From Fidelibacterota bacterium (GTDB lineage Bacteria > Fidelibacterota > Fidelibacteria > Fidelibacterales > DSDE01): 64,000 nt of DNA. The stretch lies in the NCBI GenBank assembly GCA_046735395.1, contig JBJKQR010000047.1, forward strand, positions 50,727 to 114,726, written 5' to 3'. Within the stretch, counting starts at the first letter, position 1. Every line of letters begins with the position of its first letter. The notes under the pieces are model-generated. The model was given only the letters and a program-made list of their open reading frames with translations. It did no database searches and was not told the DNA's origin. Below are positions 56,426 through 64,000 of this stretch, piece after piece. The position numbers were made by a program, and so were the translations under genes.

Positions 56426-58141
56426 ATGGCAAAACATATCATTGTCGATCCCGTCACCCGGATCGAAGGCCATTTGCGCATAGATTGTGATGTCAAGGAC
56501 GGTCACGTCAGCAATGCATGGTCATCGGGGCAGATGTGGAGAGGTATCGAACCGATCCTGACCGGCCGCGATCCCCGCGACGCCTGGCTCTATACACAGC
56601 GAATCTGCGGTGTATGTACGACCGTTCACGCGATCACATCCGTGCGTGCCGTGGAAAACGCCCTGGATCTGGATATTCCCCTGAATGCCCAGTATATCCG
56701 GAATATGATCATCGCTGCTCACGGTATTCATGATCATATCGTTCATTTTTATCATCTGTCTGCCCTGGACTGGGTGGATGTGGTGTCCGCCCTGTCAGCC
56801 GATCCGGCCGAGACGGCAAAGCTGGCCAATTCCCTGTCAGACTGGCCCAATAACAATGTGGAGCATTTCAAGGCCGTGAAGGCCCGTCTGAAGAAATTCG
56901 TGGACAGCGGACAGCTCGGTATCTTTGCCAACGGGTACTGGGGACATCCGGCCATGAAACTTCCTCCGGCTGCGAACCTGATGGCCGCCTCGCATTATCT
57001 GGAAGCCTTTGAATACCAGAGAAAGGCAAATCAGATCACGACGATTCTCGGTTCCAAGACACCTCATATCCAGAATCTGGCCGTCGGCGGCGTGGCCAAT
57101 GCCATCAATCCCGACAGTCAGTCCGCTCTGAATATGGAACGCCTGGCCTATATCAGCACCCTCATGGGCGAACTTCAGGATTTTATCCGGAAAGTTTACC
57201 TCGTCGATCTGACGGCAGTGGGTGCGCTGTATGCCAACTGGCTGCCCTATGGTAAAGGCGTCGTGAATTATCTGTCCGTTCCGGATTTTCCCATGGATAC
57301 GAAGGGAACCACCTTCCTCACGCAGGGCGGCTATGTTCCCAATGGCGATCTGGGGAAATTCCATCAGATCACATCCTTCCAGGACAGCTATTTCGAGAAA
57401 AACGTCAAGGAAAGCATCAAGCATTCCTGGTATGACGGTGACTGGACCCGCCACCCCTATCAGGAGGAGACGGTTCCGAAATACGTTGACTACAAGAACG
57501 ATGAGCTTCATACCAAGGATCGCTACAGCTGGGTGAAGGCGCCGTCATTCATGGACAAGCCGGCCCAGGTCGGCCCGCTCGCCAATGTTCTCGCCATGTA
57601 TCTGGCCGGACACAAAGGCGCCCAGACCTACACGAACCTCGCTCTGGACATGATTTCCAAGGTGGCCGGGACGAAGGTCGGCATTGATGCCCTCCATTCC
57701 ACGCTGGGCCGTCATGCGGCACGCTGCGTCCGGACCAATATCCTCTTCGATGTGCTGCAGGAAAACTACACGGCCCTTGTCGGCAATATTGCCAAGGGCG
57801 ATGTCGCTACCTTCAATGCACCGGTCTTCCCCAAGGGCGAGATCAGCGGGTTCGGTTTCCACGAAGCGCCGCGCGGCGTTCTCTCACACTGGGTCGTGAT
57901 CAAGGATGGAAAGATCAAGAACTATCAGGCGGTCGTGCCGTCGACCTGGAATGCGGGCCCCCGCAACCAGAATGATGAGCTCGGACCTTACGAGGCAGCC
58001 CTTCTCGGCAATCCCATCGCTGATGAAGAAAAACCGCTGGAAGTTCTTCGGACCATCCATAGTTTCGATCCCTGTCTGGCCTGCGCCATTCACATGCATA
58101 ACAACAAACGGAAAAATATCGTGAAGGTCAATGTCCTCTGA
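56426..58141 (+). CDS. hybC: [NiFe]-hydrogenase large subunit (Hyd-2 type, group 1c-like)
   Basis: DPVTRIEGH; L1 RICGVC; L2 SFDPCLACAIH plus a cleavable tail. Confidence 0.95.
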   Translation: MAKHIIVDPVTRIEGHLRIDCDVKDGHVSNAWSSGQMWRGIEPILTGRDPRDAWLYTQRICGVCTTVHAITSVRAVENALDLDIPLNAQYIRNMIIAAHGIHDHIVHFYHLSALDWVDVVSALSADPAETAKLANSLSDWPNNNVEHFKAVKARLKKFVDSGQLGIFANGYWGHPAMKLPPAANLMAASHYLEAFEYQRKANQITTILGSKTPHIQNLAVGGVANAINPDSQSALNMERLAYISTLMGELQDFIRKVYLVDLTAVGALYANWLPYGKGVVNYLSVPDFPMDTKGTTFLTQGGYVPNGDLGKFHQITSFQDSYFEKNVKESIKHSWYDGDWTRHPYQEETVPKYVDYKNDELHTKDRYSWVKAPSFMDKPAQVGPLANVLAMYLAGHKGAQTYTNLALDMISKVAGTKVGIDALHSTLGRHAARCVRTNILFDVLQENYTALVGNIAKGDVATFNAPVFPKGEISGFGFHEAPRGVLSHWVVIKDGKIKNYQAVVPSTWNAGPRNQNDELGPYEAALLGNPIADEEKPLEVLRTIHSFDPCLACAIHMHNNKRKNIVKVNVL

Positions 58142-58631
58142 TAAACAAAAAAAGGATATAGTCCTCCTGGGGCTGGGAAACCTGCTCATGGAGGATGAAG
58201 GCATCGGAATCCATGTACTCCGGCACCTGGAATCATCCTATCAATTCACACCAGCCATCGAACTCGTGGACGGAGGGACAGCCGGGTTTGAGCTGTTGCC
58301 CTTCTTCGAGGATTTTGACAAGATCCTCATGATCGATGCGGTGGAGTTTGAAGAGGAGCCCGGGTTCATCGGACGCATCGAAAACGATGACATTCTGACA
58401 CAACTCACGAATAAGATGAGTCTGCACCATCTGGGGATCACGGATGTCCTGTCTACAGCCAGGCTTCTGGAATACGATCCGTCTCAGGTGATCATGATCG
58501 GCGTCCAGCCATTACAGATGGATGTGCGCCTGGGACTTTCCGATCTGCTGACGGAACGCATAGCTCCGGTCACGGCGGAAATACTTCGCATTCTCGGATC
58601 ATGGGGTGTGGAGGCTCAGTCTGTGAACTGA
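58131..58631 (+). CDS. hybD: Hydrogenase maturation endopeptidase
   Basis: LGLGNLLMEDEGIG, VDGGT, IDAV, SLHHLG. Confidence 0.92.
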   Translation: MSSDKQKKDIVLLGLGNLLMEDEGIGIHVLRHLESSYQFTPAIELVDGGTAGFELLPFFEDFDKILMIDAVEFEEEPGFIGRIENDDILTQLTNKMSLHHLGITDVLSTARLLEYDPSQVIMIGVQPLQMDVRLGLSDLLTERIAPVTAEILRILGSWGVEAQSVN

Positions 58632-58658
58632 TCCCTTTTTCGGGACAGGTCGAATTAG

Positions 58659-58685
58659 AAAAAGCCGTCGTTCAGGCGGCTTTTT
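58659..58685. terminator. Bidirectional Rho-independent terminator
   Basis: AAAAAGCCGTC-GTTCA-GGCGGCTTTTT between convergent operons. Confidence 0.82.
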
Positions 58686-58729
58686 CATTTTCAGTAATAT
58701 TTATGAAATATGGAGCGGGAACTTTTGAA

Positions 58730-60388
58730 TCAGGCGGAGGCACCGGGTGCCGTTTTGTCAGTCAGTTCGGCTGCGTGGGCCAGGGCCGTTTCAAAACTGT
58801 CAAAAATCTGGGATGAATCCAGTATTCGGAACAGATCATGACTTTCAAAGGTTTTCATCAGCGAATCGCTGACGCCGGACAGCAGGACGTGAACATCCGA
58901 TTCCTCCAGAATGCGGATGACGTCCCTGAAATTATTCATTCCCGTCAGGTCGATAAAGGGAACATGGCGCATCCGGATAATGAGGAAGGAAGATCTGAAT
59001 CCGATTTCCTTGATGACTTCCGCGTAACGTCTGGCTGATGCGAAAAAGAGGGGGCCGCTGATTTCATAAACGGAGGTTCGCGGGGGCAGGGTGGAGTAAT
59101 CATCGATCACATCGCTGTCGATGCCGTCAAATTCCTTCATGCTGATATCGGCCATCCGTTTCATGAAGAGAAGCGCGGACAGCACCACGCCCACTTCAAT
59201 GGCGGCAGTGAGGTCTACCAGTACGGTCAGGAAAAAACTGACCAGCAGAACAATGATATCAAAAGCCGAACTTTTGAAAATGGATAGAAAAGACCGCCAT
59301 TCGCTCATGTCATAGGCGACGACAATCAGGATGCCGGCAAGGAGAGACATGGGGATAAGCTTTGCATAGCGTCCGAAAAACAGCATGATCAGGAGCAGGG
59401 TGAGGGCGTGCACGATACCTGCAATGGGTGTCCGTCCGCCGTTTTTCACATTGGTGGCGGTCCGGGCGATGGCGCCGGTGGCCGGCAGCCCGCCGAAAAG
59501 CGGCGACGCGATATTCGCAAGGCCCTGGGCGATCAGTTCCGTATTGGAGCGGTGGTTGCCGCTGATCATACCATCTGATACGACGGCAGACAGCAGTGAC
59601 TCAATGCTGCCCAGCATGGCGATGGTCATGGCCGGGGCAAAGTAGGTTCCGATGTGGGACAGCCCTGCAAGCGGCAAGGAAATGTGAAAAGTCCCTGAAA
59701 TGCTGCCGAAAAAGCTTTCGATAGTCGTAACGGGAATGTGGGCCAGATGAACAATGGGTGTGAGGATGAGGATGGCGAGGAAGGATCCGGGAATGCGCAT
59801 TTTGAGCCGCCGGGCCAGGATGATCATGACAATGGTGATTCCCGTAATGATGACAGCCGGAACGCTCAGCGTGTCCAGATTACGGAAATACAGGCCCCAC
59901 TTGGCGATAAATTCGGATGGGACTTTTGCGATATTCAGGCCCAGCGCGTCACGGATCTGCGTGGAAAAAATGACGATGGCGATTCCGCTGGTGAATCCAA
60001 CGACGAGAGGCTGGGGAAAATATTTGAGAAGCGTACCGAGGCGCAGGAGTCCGAAGAGAACCAGGATGACTCCGGCCAGGATGGTGCTGATCATGAGTCC
60101 GTCCAGGCCGTATTTGCCCACGATGGCGCTGATAACGATGATGAAGGCTCCGGTCGGCCCGCCGATCTGAACCCGGCTTCCTCCGAGAAGTGAAATCAGA
60201 AAGCCTGCGATGATGGCGGTTACGATTCCCTTTTCCGGTGATACGCCCGAGGCGATGGCAAAGGCGATACTCAGAGGAAGTGCTACGATACCCACGACCA
60301 GCCCGGCCAGAATGTCGGACTGAACTTGTTTCCGTGTGATGCCTGCCTTCAGCAGACTGTACAATTTCGGCTTGAAAATACGATTCAT
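58730..60388 (-). CDS. SulP/SLC26-family anion transporter with STAS domain
   Basis: GIVALPLSIAFAIASG, QIGGPTGAF, ESLLSA, ATGAIART, GPLFFA, PFIDLTG. Confidence 0.94.
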   Translation of the reverse strand: MNRIFKPKLYSLLKAGITRKQVQSDILAGLVVGIVALPLSIAFAIASGVSPEKGIVTAIIAGFLISLLGGSRVQIGGPTGAFIIVISAIVGKYGLDGLMISTILAGVILVLFGLLRLGTLLKYFPQPLVVGFTSGIAIVIFSTQIRDALGLNIAKVPSEFIAKWGLYFRNLDTLSVPAVIITGITIVMIILARRLKMRIPGSFLAILILTPIVHLAHIPVTTIESFFGSISGTFHISLPLAGLSHIGTYFAPAMTIAMLGSIESLLSAVVSDGMISGNHRSNTELIAQGLANIASPLFGGLPATGAIARTATNVKNGGRTPIAGIVHALTLLLIMLFFGRYAKLIPMSLLAGILIVVAYDMSEWRSFLSIFKSSAFDIIVLLVSFFLTVLVDLTAAIEVGVVLSALLFMKRMADISMKEFDGIDSDVIDDYSTLPPRTSVYEISGPLFFASARRYAEVIKEIGFRSSFLIIRMRHVPFIDLTGMNNFRDVIRILEESDVHVLLSGVSDSLMKTFESHDLFRILDSSQIFDSFETALAHAAELTDKTAPGASA

Positions 60389-60390
60389 TT

Positions 60391-60427
60391 TCCTGTGATC
60401 CTGTATGATGTTCTGTGATGTTCTGTG
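60391..60427. repeat. Short degenerate tandem repeat (~10 bp x4) just upstream of the SulP start
   Basis: TCCTGTGA TCCTGTATGA TGTTCTGTGA TGTTCTGTG. Confidence 0.7.
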
Positions 60428-60615
60428 CGGCCGCGGCTGTGCAGTTGATCCGGATCGCTGCGTTTGCCTGCGGCGTGGTGGCTCCCCGATTGAAGCATCA
60501 TTTTACGGAATTTCCATTTCATTATCTATAGTGAACACGTTACAGTCCGGCAAAAATATTTCCGGTATCTGTTCCTGAAAATCTGAGTAATATGGAAAAG
60601 GAGAGGGTGATAATT

Positions 60616-61167
60616 TCAATTCCGGAAAAGGATGGAAACGCCGATTCCGATCAGGATGAGGCCGCCGATAAAATGGATTTTTCCGCCCATCAGATGTCCT
60701 GTCTTCTTTCCAATATAAATCCCTGCCAGCGAGAAGGCCGATGCCACAATGCCGATGATAAGCGCGGGATACAGCACCTGTATCGTCATCAGTCCGAGGG
60801 TGATCCCGATTGCCAGGGCATCGAGGCTGGTGGCCACACTGAGGGATACGAGAGACCAGCCTCTGGAAATATCCTGTGTTTCTGTTCCATTTTCTTCCTG
60901 CATGCCCTCCCTGATCATATTCAGGCCGACGCCGGTGAGAAGGAGAAAGGCAATCCAGCCTGAATAGACACCCGTCAGATGAATGAGAGAGCGGCTTAAT
61001 AGCCATCCTGCCACGGGCATGAGAAACTGAAAGAGGCCGAAATGAAAGGACAGGCGGAAAACACTGCGCGCGGTGAGCCGGGGGATGGTGGCACCGCCGA
61101 TGACGGATACGGCAAAGGCATCCATGGCCAGGCTGACGGCAATCAGCAGGACAGTCAGAAAATCCAT
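60616..61167 (-). CDS. mntP: Manganese efflux pump MntP
   Basis: SLAMDAFAVS, FGLFQFLMP, ATSLDALAIG, GGLILIGIG. Confidence 0.93.
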   Translation of the reverse strand: MDFLTVLLIAVSLAMDAFAVSVIGGATIPRLTARSVFRLSFHFGLFQFLMPVAGWLLSRSLIHLTGVYSGWIAFLLLTGVGLNMIREGMQEENGTETQDISRGWSLVSLSVATSLDALAIGITLGLMTIQVLYPALIIGIVASAFSLAGIYIGKKTGHLMGGKIHFIGGLILIGIGVSILFRN

Positions 61168-61241
61168 ATCGGTAAATTAACCGGAATCAGGGAAATTCGG
61201 AAGTGCCTTTCGTCATGGATTCCGATAAAATATTCGTATAT

Positions 61242-61269
61242 AAAAAAAGGGCCGCAGTCTGAGCGGCCC
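61242..61269 (-). terminator. Rho-independent terminator
   Basis: Minus strand GGGCCGC-TCAGACT-GCGGCCC-T7 after the OMP gene. Confidence 0.88.
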
Positions 61270-61292
61270 GATATGAAAAGATTTTTTCCCCG

Positions 61293-61949
61293 TCAGGGCA
61301 GGGAAATATTGACACCGATATTGGGGGCGAAGGTCTCGGAGTTGATCTTGTCCGACAGAATCAGATAAAGATTAATATAAGGTTTCAGAACGACAGGGCC
61401 TGCCTCAAATTCCGTTGCCGCATCGACACGAACGTGTGTCAGCGTCTTAACGTATTCGTTGAATTCCAGTCCGGCCGCGGCTGTCAGCATGATGGGAAAG
61501 TCTCCGACCTTCTGCTCCATCTCGGTAGCCGGTTCAATGTACAGACCGCTTTCATTCAGGTTATAGGCCGTCAGAACCTTCAGCGGCATGGGCAGAGCTG
61601 AATAATCAAAACGTCCGAACACTTCCAGGTCGGAATTGGCGAAATCGAAATCATCCCAATAGTAGATCAGGCCGGCATCCACCGACAGATCCTTATTGAT
61701 TTTCAGAGGATAGGCCACAGTTGCTTCAATCTCCTTGAAATCACTTCCGAAGATTCCGAGGAGTTCCAGAGATACGCCCGACTCGTGTTTCAGTTCAAAG
61801 GCCGGTGCGATCATGGGGGAAACGCCGTAATCATGTCCGCGAAAGATATAATTGGTGTTCACACCCAGGCTGTAGTCCATTTCCATCTGTCCCATCAGGG
61901 GCAGCTGCAGTGCAAGCAATACAAACATCGCAATAAATGTCTTCTTCAT
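61293..61949 (-). CDS. Small outer-membrane beta-barrel protein (TorF/Gcw_chp-like putative porin)
   Basis: Signal peptide; GVNTNYIFRG; alternating hydrophobic strands (LSVDAGLIYY, IGVNISLP). Confidence 0.68.
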   Translation of the reverse strand: MKKTFIAMFVLLALQLPLMGQMEMDYSLGVNTNYIFRGHDYGVSPMIAPAFELKHESGVSLELLGIFGSDFKEIEATVAYPLKINKDLSVDAGLIYYWDDFDFANSDLEVFGRFDYSALPMPLKVLTAYNLNESGLYIEPATEMEQKVGDFPIMLTAAAGLEFNEYVKTLTHVRVDAATEFEAGPVVLKPYINLYLILSDKINSETFAPNIGVNISLP

Positions 61950-62283
61950 AATTCCCTCTCTTTTTATGGTTAGTTCAGGTTCAAATGGCCTGCTTACATT
62001 TATCTGATTGAAGATACATTCACTTCACCTGCCACCGCAATAAATTTTTATTAATTTTCCGTATTTTGGGCTTTGAACACGATCCGCTTCACTATCAAGG
62101 ATTATTAAATATTTGAAAGGAAAATACTCAATTCTCTTACTTTTGGGAATAAACCCTGAGAAAAATACCGAAAATGAGATTGAATGAGGTGTGGTGATAT
62201 TTTATAAGAAACTGTAAATAATAATGATAAAAAACGGCATAAAATTTGATAACGGGTGCGCAAACCAAGTGAAGGGAGAAATA

Positions 62284-63966
62284 ATGAAAAAACTCAACCT
62301 GCTGATGACGGCTCTGCTGATGTTCGCACTCATGTCCCTTTTCACAAATTGCGAACCTCAGACAGAAACCGTCACAGAAACCGACACACTGTATGTCCCG
62401 GTAGCCGATTCATTCTATGTAGATATCGCTGTTGCCGATAGTGGGGAAAATACAGTGGCGATCGGCGGACAGCTGACCCTGACCGCAACCGTTCGCAGCG
62501 GTGAAGCCCTGACCGGCGTTCAGAAATTCTGGAACGTGGACGGCGGGAAACTGAGCGCTGAAACCGGTGACACGGTCGTATGGACAGCTCCGGAAACGGA
62601 AGGAACCTATACGGTCACCGTTCACGCCAGCAATGATGAAAAAGCTACTGTCTCAACCATGAACCTCGGTTCCGGTGCCTATGTCGCCGTCGCTGACACC
62701 TATTATGTCGGTGAAGCCGTATGTGCTGCCTGCCACAGTGACAAAGCTACAGCGTGGTCAGGAACAGCTCATGCCGGCGCCTGGGCTACCCTGCAGGCCA
62801 ATAGCCATGCAGGCGCTTCCTGTATCCCCTGTCATACTGTTGATTCACAGCAGACCCCCGGAAACGGCGGTTATGACGATACGCCTGTAAGTGCCATGGT
62901 CAATGTTCAGTGTGAAAACTGCCACGGAGCGGGATCTGCCCACAGAGCTACCGTGAATCCGGACGCCATCAATATTGATCTGCATGCTGAAAATTGTGGC
63001 GTCTGCCACAGCGGATCCCATCATCCCTTCTACGATGAATGGGCTACTTCCGGCCATAACTATGATGCAAGCGGCCATACCAACAGCGCCACCTGCGCAC
63101 CCTGCCATACCGGTACAGGTTTCATTGAACGGATGGACGCTGCCAGCGGCATCGTGTATGATTCAAACGATCCTGTGAATATCGCCTGTGCCGTCTGCCA
63201 TGACCCGCACAGTGCTGACAATTACATGCAGCTGCGCGGACTTGACGTGCCTGTGACATCTGTGGTTGCCAATGGCGCCGCTGATGAAATCCAGGTGACC
63301 GGAGCCGGCCAGGTCTGTGCCCAGTGCCACCATGCACGGAGTTCTGCAGATACTCAGGTTGATGCCGGATCCAGCCGCATGGGTCCTCACCACAGCAACC
63401 AGTCTGACATGCTCGCCGGTATCTCCGGTTACGAATTCGACGGATCCTTTGATTTCGGCGGATACAAGACCGGTCATTACAAAATCGAGAATTCCTGCGC
63501 TACCTGCCACGTGGAAGGTACAACCGGTATGGGCCATACCTTTATGCCCACAACCGGTGCCTGTGCGAAATGCCACGGTGAAATCGAAGATTTCTCCGAC
63601 ATTAAAGCCAGTGGCGACTTTGATGGCAACGGTACGGTCGAAGGCCTGCAGACTGAAGTTGAAGGCCTGATGGATATCCTGACGGCTGACCTTGTCGCAG
63701 CCGGTCTGGATACGACCGGTGGTGTGACAGCCGGACTCAATGCTACACGCAATGATACACTGTCCGACGGAAGCCCCGATCCGACAGCAGTTAAACTGCG
63801 CAAGGCCGGTTACAACATTATCTACATCCTTGAAGACAGATCCATGGGTGTGCATAATCCTGTTTACACCGTGGAACTGCTTCAGCAGTCCATTGCCTTC
63901 CTGAATGCCAAATCTCTGGCTGGTGCGACCATTATCACCTCCGGTGACAAGGCTACGGATTTCTGA
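62284..63966 (+). CDS. Multiheme (9 CxxCH) cytochrome c lipoprotein
   Basis: ATG 62284 after GGGAG; lipobox LFTNC; Ig-like N-domain; CAACH, CIPCH, CENCH, CGVCH, CAPCH, CAVCH, CAQCH, CATCH, CAKCH. Confidence 0.93.
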   Translation: MKKLNLLMTALLMFALMSLFTNCEPQTETVTETDTLYVPVADSFYVDIAVADSGENTVAIGGQLTLTATVRSGEALTGVQKFWNVDGGKLSAETGDTVVWTAPETEGTYTVTVHASNDEKATVSTMNLGSGAYVAVADTYYVGEAVCAACHSDKATAWSGTAHAGAWATLQANSHAGASCIPCHTVDSQQTPGNGGYDDTPVSAMVNVQCENCHGAGSAHRATVNPDAINIDLHAENCGVCHSGSHHPFYDEWATSGHNYDASGHTNSATCAPCHTGTGFIERMDAASGIVYDSNDPVNIACAVCHDPHSADNYMQLRGLDVPVTSVVANGAADEIQVTGAGQVCAQCHHARSSADTQVDAGSSRMGPHHSNQSDMLAGISGYEFDGSFDFGGYKTGHYKIENSCATCHVEGTTGMGHTFMPTTGACAKCHGEIEDFSDIKASGDFDGNGTVEGLQTEVEGLMDILTADLVAAGLDTTGGVTAGLNATRNDTLSDGSPDPTAVKLRKAGYNIIYILEDRSMGVHNPVYTVELLQQSIAFLNAKSLAGATIITSGDKATDF

Positions 63967-64000
63967 TTATTCTAATCATATCCGATATTCTGAAAAGCCC

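Noticed and set aside
58060..58095. [NiFeSe] hydrogenase via TGA readthrough
   Set aside because: L2 motif is DPCLAC with ordinary Cys codons and no in-frame TGA
61168..61241. yybP-ykoY Mn riboswitch upstream of mntP
   Set aside because: Only ~75 nt between the upstream terminator and ATG; conserved GGGGAGTAGC-type core not seen
62190..62240. Fur- or Rex-like boxes upstream of the cytochrome (AATAATGATAA; TGGTGATATTTTATAA)
   Set aside because: Half-site or multi-mismatch matches only, in AT-rich DNA
1..64000. CRISPR arrays, IS/prophage genes, tRNA/rRNA, defence systems
   Set aside because: No spaced repeats, transposase/integrase motifs or RNA-gene signatures recognised; nearly all sequence is explained by the listed CDSs

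Overview
Gene-dense 64-kb bacterial chromosomal segment with no rRNA, tRNA, CRISPR array or mobile element that I can support. It encodes type IX secretion (T9SS) parts and CTD-tagged cargo, yet uses E. coli-like sigma70 promoters and GGAG ribosome-binding sites. This suggests an FCB-superphylum organism outside Bacteroidia (Marinimicrobia/Calditrichota/KSB1-like; inference only). In order the window holds: (1) a partial TPR lipoprotein, an uncharacterised Cys-rich flavoprotein-like ORF and an orphan histidine kinase; (2) a PAP2 phosphatase plus MJ1255-type glycosyltransferase divergent from phoB/phoR-like genes, with a Pho-box-like repeat; (3) a large T9SS-tagged S8 protease; (4) a ~17-kb tightly packed run: two orphan microcompartment vertex genes, rdgB, sprA, an M28 glutaminyl-cyclase-like enzyme, prmA, a lipoprotein, a PorZ-like propeller, two PorV-family barrels, two paralogous lipoproteins, a deacetylase and NamZ; (5) a candidate structured RNA, an unannotated 45-aa membrane peptide and a degenerate SGNH protein; (6) lipA, rpe, a QW-repeat protein, lon, an MsbA-like ABC exporter, a NAT-like protein and a PPIase; (7) a short asparaginase divergent from tnaA, an S8 protease and hypABFCDE; (8) a Cys-tailed MarR regulator heading a Hyd-2-type hybOABCD [NiFe]-hydrogenase operon; (9) SulP, MntP and a small outer-membrane barrel divergent from a nine-heme cytochrome c lipoprotein. 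All family calls come from motif recognition by eye; no database search was run.
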